DNA from: a candidate division FCPU426 bacterium
Lineage (GTDB): Bacteria; Oederibacteriota; Muellerivitia; Muellerivitales; Muellerivitaceae
Direction: 5' to 3'
DNA: 45,323 nucleotides
Assembly: GCA_963830915.1 (NCBI GenBank)
Contig: CAWHOE010000011.1
Span: 1 to 45,323, forward strand
Notes under the pieces: generated by a model
Told to the model about the DNA's origin: nothing
What the model saw: only the letters and a program-made list of their open reading frames with translations
Database searches by the model: none
Shown here: positions 27,714-37,058 of the stretch, piece after piece
Position numbering within the stretch: the first letter of the stretch is position 1
Layout: every line of letters starts with the position of its first letter
Position numbers and translations under genes: made by a program

Positions 27714-29297
27714 ATGTTCAAAGTACTCATTACCGATAAGTTATCAGAAGAGGGTATGGCGGTATTCAAAGCCGAGAAGGATTTTCAGACCGCGGAGCAC
27801 ATCAATAATACACCTGAGGAACTCAAGAAGATCCTTCCGGATTATGACGCTTGGGTCATCCGAAGCGGGACTAACGCGACAGCCGATCTGATCCAAGCCG
27901 GAACGAAATTGAAGATCATTGGGCGCGCGGGGGTAGGGGTCGATAACGTCGACCTGCAAGCCGCGACCAAGCGCGGGATCATTGTCATGAACACTCCCGA
28001 CGGAAACACCATATCCACTTCAGAGCATACCATCGCTATGTTGATGTCCATGGCCCGTCTTATCCCGCAAGCGCATCAATCCCTAAAAGAAAAAAAGTGG
28101 GAACGCAGCAAGTTCACGGGTTGTGAACTTAATGGAAAGATCCTTGGTATCGTTGGATTGGGCCGTATAGGGACAAAAGTGGCCCGGATCGCCATGGGAT
28201 TGGGCATGAGGATATTGGCTTATGATCCCTTTGTTGACCCTTCCAAAGCCAAGGGCCATGAATTTGAGATCGTTACTTTAGAGGATCTGATCAAACGTTC
28301 TGATTTTATCACTGTCCATACTCCCCTCACCCCGGAAACCAAAGGATTGCTCGGCAAAAAAGAGATCGATCTCATGAAGAATGGTGTGAGATTGGTGAAT
28401 TGCGCTCGTGGCGGCATCATTGACGAGACGGCGTTATACGAGGGCTTGAAAAGCGGAAAGATCGCGGGAGCCGCATTGGATGTTTTTGAGAAGGAGCCGC
28501 CGTTTGAAAGCCCGCTATTAACACTCGATAATATTGTTTTTGTCCCCCATTTAGGAGCGGCCACGAAGGAAGCCCAAGTCAATGTGGCCGTAGTGGTAGC
28601 GGAGCAGATGGTTGAAGCGCTAAAGGGAGGTCGGGTTCTCAACGCGATCAATATGCCGTCCCTCGATCCAAAAGTTTTGGAGGAATTAAAACCCTATTTG
28701 ACCTTGATGGAAAAGATCGGGTCGTTTCAATCCCAACTGACTGGATCCTACATCAAGAAAATACATGTGGAATATTGCGGTGAAGTCACCAAATATGACA
28801 CCAAGCCTTTGACCCTGAGTTTGGTGAAGGGGATACTGCAAAAGGGTTTGATCGAATCGGTCAATTATGTCAATGCCCTCGTTATCGCTAAGGAAAGGGG
28901 CTATGAAATATCGGTGACGGTGGATAACAGCGTCAAAGATTACTCTTCATTGGTTACGGTTTCTACTGAAGGGGAAAAAGGGAAACACAGTATTTCAGGG
29001 ACAGTATTCGGAAAATCCGAATATCGGATCGTCAATTTGGACGGGAACGCTACGGATTTCACACCTGAGGGCAATATGATATGGATGGATCACTTGGACC
29101 GCCCGGGAATAATTGGCAAGTTAGGAACAATCCTCGGTACCAATGGAGTAAATATCGCGGGGCTTCATGTAGGCCGCCAAATGACAGGCGGTAAAGCCAT
29201 TGCCATGGTCAATGTGGACAATGAGGTTCCAGAAAAGGTAATGGCTGAATTACGGGAAATACCGGATATTCAGGATTTGAAATTCGTGAAATTCTAG
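27714..29297 (+). CDS. serA: D-3-phosphoglycerate dehydrogenase (long form with ASB and ACT domains)
   Basis: GRAGVGVDNVD, GLGRIG, NCARGG, PHLGAAT.EAQ, DRPGIIG ACT domain; ATG at 27714 after GGGGAG. Confidence 0.97.
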   Translation: MFKVLITDKLSEEGMAVFKAEKDFQTAEHINNTPEELKKILPDYDAWVIRSGTNATADLIQAGTKLKIIGRAGVGVDNVDLQAATKRGIIVMNTPDGNTISTSEHTIAMLMSMARLIPQAHQSLKEKKWERSKFTGCELNGKILGIVGLGRIGTKVARIAMGLGMRILAYDPFVDPSKAKGHEFEIVTLEDLIKRSDFITVHTPLTPETKGLLGKKEIDLMKNGVRLVNCARGGIIDETALYEGLKSGKIAGAALDVFEKEPPFESPLLTLDNIVFVPHLGAATKEAQVNVAVVVAEQMVEALKGGRVLNAINMPSLDPKVLEELKPYLTLMEKIGSFQSQLTGSYIKKIHVEYCGEVTKYDTKPLTLSLVKGILQKGLIESVNYVNALVIAKERGYEISVTVDNSVKDYSSLVTVSTEGEKGKHSISGTVFGKSEYRIVNLDGNATDFTPEGNMIWMDHLDRPGIIGKLGTILGTNGVNIAGLHVGRQMTGGKAIAMVNVDNEVPEKVMAELREIPDIQDLKFVKF

Positions 29298-29313
29298 ACT
29301 CACCTCAGTTTTC

Positions 29314-29342
29314 TTGACAGGTTCAAAGTGGGGGGATACCTT
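29314..29342 (+). promoter_or_regulatory. Sigma70-type promoter, probably producing a leaderless mRNA
   Basis: TTGACA-N17-TACCTT; 7 nt separate the -10 from the ATG at 29350; no SD. Confidence 0.55.
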
Positions 29343-29349
29343 AAAGACT

Positions 29350-29931
29350 ATGAAATTACTTTTTCTCCCGCTTTTTATGTTATTCCTGGCTTGGGGTTCT
29401 AACCTACAAGCTGCGCCAAGCTTTTGGCAATCTAATGAAATTCCCACGCCTACTCCATTGGCTCCACCTCAATTGGATGATTCCGGTGAGCCTGTGCAAG
29501 GTCTTACTCCAACTGCTACGCCCGTTATTGCTCCCAAAGTTCAGATACCAACCCCCACACCAACCCACGAACCTGGTTTGACGGCAAAAGACCCAACTGA
29601 GGCAGCGATTTTATCCGCGGTCATTCCGGGGGCAGGTCAAATTTACAATGGGGATATACTCAGAGGTTTAACTTTTACAACACTTTTTGGTTTGGGCCTC
29701 TGGCAGACGTTGGATAATTTTCAACTGGTGCCTGATTCTAAAGGGTCATCTACAACTTCGGCCAAGAATGAGGATATGGGAAATCTCTTCGGTTTAATGA
29801 CCTTGGCGGTCTATGGATTCGGTATTCAGGACGCCAACAATGGGGCGATCCAATACAATAAAACACATTATTTAACCCTCAACTTTGGTGTTCGTCCCCG
29901 GGTTTGCGCCGAACTCGCGTATAATTTCTAG
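29350..29931 (+). CDS. Exported/membrane protein with Pro-Thr tract (DUF5683/TM2-like)
   Basis: Signal peptide, PTPTP tracts, KDPTEAAILSAVIPGAGQIYNG motif, hydrophobic helices, C-terminal AELAYNF. Confidence 0.75.
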   Translation: MKLLFLPLFMLFLAWGSNLQAAPSFWQSNEIPTPTPLAPPQLDDSGEPVQGLTPTATPVIAPKVQIPTPTPTHEPGLTAKDPTEAAILSAVIPGAGQIYNGDILRGLTFTTLFGLGLWQTLDNFQLVPDSKGSSTTSAKNEDMGNLFGLMTLAVYGFGIQDANNGAIQYNKTHYLTLNFGVRPRVCAELAYNF

Positions 29932-29941
29932 CTATCACCCC

Positions 29942-30976
29942 ATGAAAAGTTTAAAGGGTTTAGTTCTACTTTTCCGCGGGAAGAAAATATCGTTTTTCCC
30001 CCTTTTTTCTATTCTTGTCTTGGGAGTCGCAAAGCCTATTTGGGCAATGGATTTGGATCCATTCCCTATTTTTTCCTTCTCCCGGGATGAACTCTCAATT
30101 TCACTTTTTCGACGTGAAAGACCTAGTTTTTACTGGACCAATATTGGTGTGCCGGATGTTTTTTTTCAAAACGTTAGGAATCTTTCGAAAGTTCCCAATA
30201 ACACTTATTCAGTGCAAGGGACCGAATATGGAGTTTCTTTTTCGGATTGGGTAACGGATCAGTTCCAGGCGCGGGTTACATTGCCTTTTGAGGCGAACTC
30301 CCTTCAAGAAGCGAATCAAACGATCGACGCGACCGGGAATACTGTATTCGCCAACCATAATCTTCAAAAGTTCGGAGATGTCGAGGTGGCGGGGGCCTAT
30401 TTACTCACGGGGAAAAGAGAAAGTGGTAATTTTTTGGGTTTGGATGGATGGTTTCGGATCGCGACGGGGTCGAACCCCTTTAGTTTGGCATTTCCTCTCC
30501 TATCCACGGGAAAGGGCGCTGATCGGGAAGCAGTCGGGTTCGTGATGGGCCAACAAGCTGGTGGATTTTCCTTTTTTCAAAGTATACACTATGAAAAAAC
30601 ACAGCCAATTAATTTGGCTTCCACTAATCTTACTTTGGGCCCAGGGACATTTCAATGGCCGGATAATTGGGATGCTAGCGGAAGGATTGAATATGAGGTA
30701 TTCCGCCAAGTCCAGCGAAGGGTGACTTTTTTCTATCAATTACAGATGCGTTATAGCGGGTTAATGAAATTTAACCAGCAAGTATTGACTTATGGAATGG
30801 GGAATACAACGGATCGCCTTTTTTTCTCGACCGGGGGTGTGGTGGTGAGAGTGGATAAAACATTTTCGGCGGAAGGCCAAGTGGATTATTTCCCTTTTGA
30901 ACCCATTGGCTGGGCCATTCCACGTCAAGATGTAGGTGTGCTTTTTTCAATGTCGCTAGTGTTTAGGCCTGATTGA
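29942..30976 (+). CDS. Putative outer-membrane beta-barrel protein (resembles the MetA-pathway 'transporter' family)
   Basis: Signal peptide, alternating amphipathic beta strands, FGDVEV, ATG...LSTG motif, aromatic-rich C-terminal strand. Confidence 0.6.
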   Translation: MKSLKGLVLLFRGKKISFFPLFSILVLGVAKPIWAMDLDPFPIFSFSRDELSISLFRRERPSFYWTNIGVPDVFFQNVRNLSKVPNNTYSVQGTEYGVSFSDWVTDQFQARVTLPFEANSLQEANQTIDATGNTVFANHNLQKFGDVEVAGAYLLTGKRESGNFLGLDGWFRIATGSNPFSLAFPLLSTGKGADREAVGFVMGQQAGGFSFFQSIHYEKTQPINLASTNLTLGPGTFQWPDNWDASGRIEYEVFRQVQRRVTFFYQLQMRYSGLMKFNQQVLTYGMGNTTDRLFFSTGGVVVRVDKTFSAEGQVDYFPFEPIGWAIPRQDVGVLFSMSLVFRPD

Positions 30977-31004
30977 TCGATCTTTGAATATAAGGAGTTA
31001 TCGC

Positions 31005-31376
31005 ATGCCTGAAGCCAATATGTTTCTTGAAAAACGCATCCATCCCCGTGTTCCGGTCAAGATCCCTGTCAAGTATAGGATCATTGAAGATCAAAAAGAG
31101 ATCGAGACAGTATTTGAACGGAAGAAGAAAGAGCAGAGTAGCCGCACCATGGACGTCAGTTTGGGTGGTCTTTATCTGGTAGCTGATCAGGTACTGAACA
31201 TTGGAAGTATCCTTCGGTTGGATATTTCTCTGCCAGGCCAAACATCAATGATCTCGGCATTCGCTGAGGTGGTTTGGTCTAATGAGACGGGTGGAGGTCT
31301 CCATTTCCTTGCCATGAAAGAGGAGGATGTCGAGATTTTGAAAAATTACCTAAACAACACTTCCTCCGATAAATGA
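31005..31376 (+). CDS. Stand-alone PilZ-domain c-di-GMP receptor
   Basis: RxxxR (RIHPR) and D/NxSxxG (DVSLGG), AEVVW, GLHF; AAGGAG precedes the ATG at 31005. Confidence 0.92.
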   Translation: MPEANMFLEKRIHPRVPVKIPVKYRIIEDQKEIETVFERKKKEQSSRTMDVSLGGLYLVADQVLNIGSILRLDISLPGQTSMISAFAEVVWSNETGGGLHFLAMKEEDVEILKNYLNNTSSDK

Positions 31377-31383
31377 TCCTACG

Positions 31384-32589
31384 ATGAATTTAAGTTTGAG
31401 ACGCCTATTTTTCCCAAAATGGTTTCTTGTTTTCTTGCTCGGGGGAGTCTTGGGTTTTCTCATCCCGTATTTGGGAAGCCCTTGGGCATTAGTGATCGGG
31501 GCTCTATTCCTTTGGGGCTTCGCGGCTTTCCTTTATTCTTCTTTCCAGCGTAATCAGTCCATAATAATCAAAAACAATTTAAACTCACTTTCAGGGTCGC
31601 CTTTGATCAGCTCTCTTGAGGGACAAGTCGAAAAAACGAGTGACCCTCTTGGTAACTTGGTCAGAGAAATGTCCGCCCGAATCATCCAACTTGAGACGGA
31701 AGCAAAATCTTCTTCTGACGCCAAACCGGATTTTTCCATGCAAGAGTTTTATGAGAATCTTGAACCATTGATCAAAGAACAGGAGAAGATGATCCAGTCC
31801 TTTTATGCTTTTAAAGATGTTATCCAGGAGTGGTCGTCTAATATCGATAAGGCTGGACGTATTAATAAGTCACTACTCCAATTGAATGAATTGATCGTCA
31901 ATGACAGCAAGAAAGTGGCTGTTGATACGGATGCGGCTGCGAAATCCGCGACCGATGGCATAAAATCCGTCGGTAAGGAGATCAAGGCTATGACTGAGAT
32001 CAAAGCTACCATTGGTTCCTCGGCCGAAGTAATCCAACAATTGAATCTGGCTTCCGAACAGATAGGCGATTTTTTAGCGACGATTACATCGATCGCTAGA
32101 AAAACCAACCTTTTGGCCTTGAACGCAGGAATTGAAGCGGCTCGTGCGGGTGAGCATGGAACAGGGTTCGCGGTAGTGGCAAGTGAGATCAAGATATTGG
32201 CAGAAGCCTCGGCCAAAGCGGCAGGTGATGTCAAACATCTCGTGGATGATATTCGTATGAAAACTACTAACGCTATATCACTTATCAGTACTACTGGAAA
32301 AATAGAAGAAAATGTGAACGTTGTTTATAGTGCCGGCGATGTTTTTATGACCATCGTTAAATCGGTCCGAAAAGCCGGAGGCCTTCTAGGGGAGATATCC
32401 CAAGCGTTGGAAGACCAACGTAATGACAATGAGTTGCTCGTTCAACTTTTAGGTAAGATCCACATGGCTGGTGATCAGGTCAAGGATAAATTCGAATTGG
32501 CACAAGTGAGCTTGGACCAAGTTCAAAAAATGTCGTGGAAAATTAAGGAGAAGTTTGAAAATATCAAATCCAACCTACCTCCAGGATAA
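31384..32589 (+). CDS. Methyl-accepting chemotaxis-like protein lacking a periplasmic sensor domain
   Basis: Two closely spaced N-terminal TM helices; IARKTNLLALNAGIEAARAGEHGTGFAVVASEIK.LAE signalling tip. Confidence 0.9.
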   Translation: MNLSLRRLFFPKWFLVFLLGGVLGFLIPYLGSPWALVIGALFLWGFAAFLYSSFQRNQSIIIKNNLNSLSGSPLISSLEGQVEKTSDPLGNLVREMSARIIQLETEAKSSSDAKPDFSMQEFYENLEPLIKEQEKMIQSFYAFKDVIQEWSSNIDKAGRINKSLLQLNELIVNDSKKVAVDTDAAAKSATDGIKSVGKEIKAMTEIKATIGSSAEVIQQLNLASEQIGDFLATITSIARKTNLLALNAGIEAARAGEHGTGFAVVASEIKILAEASAKAAGDVKHLVDDIRMKTTNAISLISTTGKIEENVNVVYSAGDVFMTIVKSVRKAGGLLGEISQALEDQRNDNELLVQLLGKIHMAGDQVKDKFELAQVSLDQVQKMSWKIKEKFENIKSNLPPG

Positions 32590-32599
32590 TTGGAATAAG

Positions 32600-32629
32600 T
32601 TGACAGGTTTTGCTTGAAAAGGTTAAAGT
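32600..32629 (+). promoter_or_regulatory. Sigma70-type promoter
   Basis: TTGACA-N18-TAAAGT upstream of the CDS at 32698. Confidence 0.5.
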
Positions 32630-32697
32630 AACGTGCTTAGAAAAGTTGTGGTTCAGACGTTTTCCATTCTAAAAACTTCAACAAATAGAGGTTTTTC

Positions 32698-33675
32698 ATG
32701 ATCAAGTGCCCTGCCTGTGGAGCCGAAAATCCAGAAGGCACTAAAATTTGTGTCAAGTGCGGGACAGAACTACCCAAGAACGCCCAAGCGGCCGCTAAAA
32801 AAGAGGCGGCTCAAGCTGCGGCAAACGCGGCAAAACGTTTCGGCTTTAAGGATGTCTGGCGAGACTTGTTGGATGCGGTGTGGTTGATATTCATCATCTT
32901 ATTGATCGCGTTCGGTTTTTTAATGGAAGCCTCTCATTGGACTTGGCCACCGAAATTCACTGAAATGGAACAAGCGCAATTGTTACAACCGTCGTTGGCT
33001 CCCACGCCAATTCCGACAGTCGCAAAAAAAAGACATGGTCATAAGGCTGTAAAAGTTGCCAATTCAGTGGGAGAGCCCATTAGTGAGCAACAGCCCATCA
33101 TTACGGGCAATGCCGAAACCTTTTACCAAAAAGGGAAGAAAGAGTATGACCAAAAAAACTACCATGCTTCTTATAACTACCTGAAACAATCCCTGGAGAT
33201 CGATCCGACCTACGCCAACGCTTACTTCGCATTAGGTTATCTTTACGCTCATTTTAATATGAATGACCCAGCCGTTCGGATGTATGAGATGGCGTTAAGG
33301 TTCGACCCCAATCATGTGGATTCCCTGAACAATCTGGCTTTTATGTATAAAAGCGCAGGTAATTTTGATGACGCCTTGAGTTTATATCAAAAAGCTGTCG
33401 CGCTTGGAACGACCAACGCGGATGTGCAGTTCAATATAGGGGATCTATATCTGGATAAAAACCAACCATCGGATGCCCTTCAGGCTTTTCAGAAAGCCTC
33501 GGCATTAAGGCCGAATGATCCGGATATTTATACCGACTTGGGATTGACCTATGAAAAGCTGGGGATGAAGAAAGAAGCGGAAGATTCCTGGGGAAAAGTG
33601 CTTCAATTCTCAAATAACGCTGAATATATCCAACAGGCCAAGACCCACCTTACTTTCCTACAAACACAAAGTTAG
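32698..33675 (+). CDS. Zinc-ribbon, single-TM, TPR-repeat protein
   Basis: CPACG...CVKCG, one TM helix, about five TPR motifs (AYFALG, SLNNLA, VQFNIG, IYTDLG). Confidence 0.9.
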   Translation: MIKCPACGAENPEGTKICVKCGTELPKNAQAAAKKEAAQAAANAAKRFGFKDVWRDLLDAVWLIFIILLIAFGFLMEASHWTWPPKFTEMEQAQLLQPSLAPTPIPTVAKKRHGHKAVKVANSVGEPISEQQPIITGNAETFYQKGKKEYDQKNYHASYNYLKQSLEIDPTYANAYFALGYLYAHFNMNDPAVRMYEMALRFDPNHVDSLNNLAFMYKSAGNFDDALSLYQKAVALGTTNADVQFNIGDLYLDKNQPSDALQAFQKASALRPNDPDIYTDLGLTYEKLGMKKEAEDSWGKVLQFSNNAEYIQQAKTHLTFLQTQS

Positions 33676-33701
33676 GAAGTTGTAACTGACGGGGAAGTCA
33701 A

Positions 33702-34397
33702 TTATTTAAGCTTTTTGTAAAGTTTGAATAATTCCTTGAAGGCTCTCAAAATCACCGATATCTTGGCTCCTGTTTGGGTGCCCGCGACCCGGGGATAATG
33801 GGTTACTCCAACCTCTGTAAAACGAAAATTCTCCTTGTGGGCCCTCGCTAATAGTTCCGTGGAAACCATGGCGCCGCCTGCAGTCAATTCGATCCTGTCC
33901 ATCACCTTTCGTTTTACCAATTTGAATGCGCAATCCACATCCCGCACTTGGAACCCAAATAGAGTTTTGACCAAAGATCCCCACATAAAAGCGTTCAATT
34001 TTCGTATGGCTGAATCCCGCCGGTTCTTCCGGAAACCCAGAACCAAGTCCCCTTCATCCAGTTTTTCGATCAATAGGGTGATTTCCCTAAGGTCGAATTG
34101 AAGATCCCCATCTGTGAAGAAGATATAATCGCATTTCGCGGCTTTGAAACCGGAAATGACGGCCCCACCATAGCCTTTGTTTTTTTCATGGTGGACAGGA
34201 TGGATCTTTGGATCTTCCTTGGCCATTGCATTTATGATCTCAGCGGTCCTGTCTTTACTTCCGTCATTCACGGGAATGATCTCCCAATTATCGGCTAATT
34301 CGGGGAGTATCAACTGGGCTTGCCGGATCATGTTACCGACATTCGCTTCCTCGTTATAGGCTGGGAAAAAGACGCTTAGAGATGAAACCTTTGGCAT
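33702..34397 (-). CDS. GT2 glycosyltransferase (polyprenol-phosphate glycosyltransferase, DPM1-like)
   Basis: FPAYNEE, NDGSKD, NKGYGGA, DGDLQF (DxD), RDVDCAFK. Confidence 0.93.
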   Translation of the reverse strand: MPKVSSLSVFFPAYNEEANVGNMIRQAQLILPELADNWEIIPVNDGSKDRTAEIINAMAKEDPKIHPVHHEKNKGYGGAVISGFKAAKCDYIFFTDGDLQFDLREITLLIEKLDEGDLVLGFRKNRRDSAIRKLNAFMWGSLVKTLFGFQVRDVDCAFKLVKRKVMDRIELTAGGAMVSTELLARAHKENFRFTEVGVTHYPRVAGTQTGAKISVILRAFKELFKLYKKLK

Positions 34398-34474
34398 GGA
34401 CGCTCCTTACTTATAAAAAACGTGAAAATTTTATCACAGCCACCAAAAGTATGATGGACAAAAATGACCGGCTG

Positions 34475-35793
34475 TTAGTTTTCCCTAAAAAGAGGTATGG
34501 AAACAGTTGGATCAACCAATAGGGAGACCTTATTACCGACATCCACGGCAAAATTCGTTCCTCGGTCCTCGGGATATACCAGGGCCATATTAGCCAGGAA
34601 AACATTCTTGATGGGTGTGACATAATCCGGTTTTACTTCACTGTAGTGTAGTGGAACGACCGGTTGGGCGTATAGGTCCTGGAATAAATGGATTTCCTCA
34701 ATAGAAGATTGATCGAAATCGGGGTTGATACTTTTCAAATGGGGTAATAATTCCTTGAATATCTCCTCTTTGCCCATTTTAAAGTACATATGGTCCTGGG
34801 GAAGGTAATTGGCGACATACATCAAGTGCTTTCCCTGGTACCAATCGATCGGCGCGAAATTAGTATGCTCAATGAGGGCTAAGATCGGGTTATCCGAATC
34901 TCCTATATTGATCCAATACATATCGCTGAATTTTTTCTTCATAACCAGGATAAGACATTGGGCGCCTAAAAAGTCCAGTTGGGTAAGGCGTTTGACATAA
35001 TCGGATGGAAGATCTTTACAGGTTTCAGAAATATCGGTGTGGCGGCGGCGAAAATGAGCTTGTCATAGATTTTTTCAATCTTATTTACCTCTATACCTTT
35101 AAACTCATTGTTTTTGGTGATGACTCGGTTAATGGGCTGATTCAACTGGATTTTAACACCAGCTTTTCTCGCGGCATCAGCGAGAGATTCATGAAATGTC
35201 TCGAAGCCTCCTTTGAAATATCCCAATGTTTCTTTCGCACCCTTCCGTGAAGAAAAACGCGTATGCACCCTAGCCCAAAACCAAGCCATAGCGACTTTAT
35301 CGTAATAACGGTCGAATTTACCTTTTAACAAAGGTTCCCATATGATCTTAAGAACGGTGGGGCTGCAATATTTTTTCAACCAGTCATAAGTGGTGATGGA
35401 TTCATAGGGCTTCCAATTGTCTTTCAAACCTAAATATAAACCTTGGAAGCCAAACAAGATCCGTTCCCAAAAAGGGAGGATCGGAAGTTTTAATATTTGA
35501 GAAGGAGTTCCGAATGGGTAAAGTTTCCCTTTGTACGAAAGTCCCATTTGGCTGGGAAGCCAATGAAGGGACTCACGTATACCAAGTTCATCAACTAAGC
35601 CGCGGATGTTAGTGTCGCTTGTAAAGATATGGTGATAATACCTTTCCAACGTTGTTCCGGCGATTGGGAAACCGGCCGCCAAACCGCCCACATGATCGGA
35701 CGCCTCGAAAATCTCAACTTCATGCCCTTGTTTTGCCAAACGATAACCCGCAGTCAACCCGGCGACACCGGCACCAACAATAGCGATTTTCAT
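34475..35793 (-). pseudogene. FAD-dependent oxidoreductase (amine oxidase/protoporphyrinogen oxidase-like), split by a 1-nt frameshift (real or sequencing error)
   Basis: GAGVAG and EASDHVGGLA FAD-binding motifs, ERYYHH. Adding one A to CTGAAACC (minus strand, near 35023-35025) joins ...PIFLK to TCKDLPSDYVKRLTQLDFLGAQCLILVMKKK... and on to AQPV and YPEDRGTN. Confidence 0.85.
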
Positions 35794-36830
35794 ACTTTTT
35801 TCCTTTTGGGGTTAAGTTCTTCTTGTCGACTTTTTCCCAGTTTTTGAAGACTTAAATGCTCTCTCCCCATGTAATAAAGCCCCATTAGATTGATGGGCAA
35901 CCAGACAATAGGAATATGCACGAGTAAGAGAAAACTAAGCGCTAGTTCTTTTGAAATGCCGAACGGTGCAAGCAAGATAACACCAACAAATTCAAATAGA
36001 CCAAAACCTCCAGGAGCGTTCGGGACTAAAATGGCAATATTCACCACAGCCATCAACAATGCGGCTGACCAAAAAGTAAGCGGCGAGGGGGCGATACCCA
36101 TACCAATAGCCAGAAAATAATAACTTGTGAATTCACACGTCCAAGCTGCTAAGGAAGCGATTAATACAAGAATAGATTCTTTGGCATTTTGAAGGATTTT
36201 GAGGCCGTCAATAAATGTTTGTGCGATTTTATCAAGAGGTTTACGGATTCTGGCTGGAAGCAAACTAGTAAAAAAACTTATTACTATTATCGCCTTAGCA
36301 CGCATAAGCAATAAGATGAAAAGGATGAAAAAGGCAATGCCGAATACATATGGACAAGCATGTATTGCCATTTGTATACGAGCATCCAACTTATCCTCTT
36401 GGATTGGTAGATTCCCGAATGTTAATGATGCCCAAAGAAGGATTAACATTGTCAGGCCATCAAAAATACGTTCTAAAACAATTGTGGCTAAGGAAGCGCT
36501 TCGGCTGATTTTTTCTTTTGTTCCGTTTAAATATGCTCTAACAAATTCTCCAGCACGGGCTGGTAACAGATTATTCGCCATAAACCCGATGATTAAAATA
36601 GGAAAAAGGCTATTGAAGTTACATTTTTTAACGGGTGAAAGAAGTACAACCCAACGAAATCCACGAATTATGTATCCGATTAAATAAATCCCTAAAGCTG
36701 GTAAAATCCAAATTATGTGAAATTGGGTAAAGGCATTAAAAAGTTTTTGCCAATCAATGTTTCGAAGTAATAAAAAGAACATCACGGCCATGAAGATAAA
36801 TCCGAAACTAATTACTTTTTTTGAGAGCAT
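35790..36830 (-). CDS. Lysylphosphatidylglycerol-synthase-TM (flippase-like) membrane protein
   Basis: RGFRW, GFMANNLLPARAGE, ATIVLERIFD, VPNAPGGFGLFE; multiple TM helices. Confidence 0.9.
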   Translation of the reverse strand: MLSKKVISFGFIFMAVMFFLLLRNIDWQKLFNAFTQFHIIWILPALGIYLIGYIIRGFRWVVLLSPVKKCNFNSLFPILIIGFMANNLLPARAGEFVRAYLNGTKEKISRSASLATIVLERIFDGLTMLILLWASLTFGNLPIQEDKLDARIQMAIHACPYVFGIAFFILFILLLMRAKAIIVISFFTSLLPARIRKPLDKIAQTFIDGLKILQNAKESILVLIASLAAWTCEFTSYYFLAIGMGIAPSPLTFWSAALLMAVVNIAILVPNAPGGFGLFEFVGVILLAPFGISKELALSFLLLVHIPIVWLPINLMGLYYMGREHLSLQKLGKSRQEELNPKRKKV

Positions 36831-37058
36831 GACAACCTTTCTTCATAGAGGAGATGAATTAAGTCCATTTTTGGGTGAACATTTAACCCGGTTTCCATTG
36901 GTCGAATTGAATCAATATTTTGCACGAAAAGCCTTGAAAAAAGAAATAGTTTAATGGGGGAAACAACTTATCAAGTATCATTTTTGAGTCTTGGCCCATA
37001 ATCAACCTTCAACTTTAGAGGAAAGGTGTAGAGGTTTAATGCTCTTGGGAGAGAAAAC

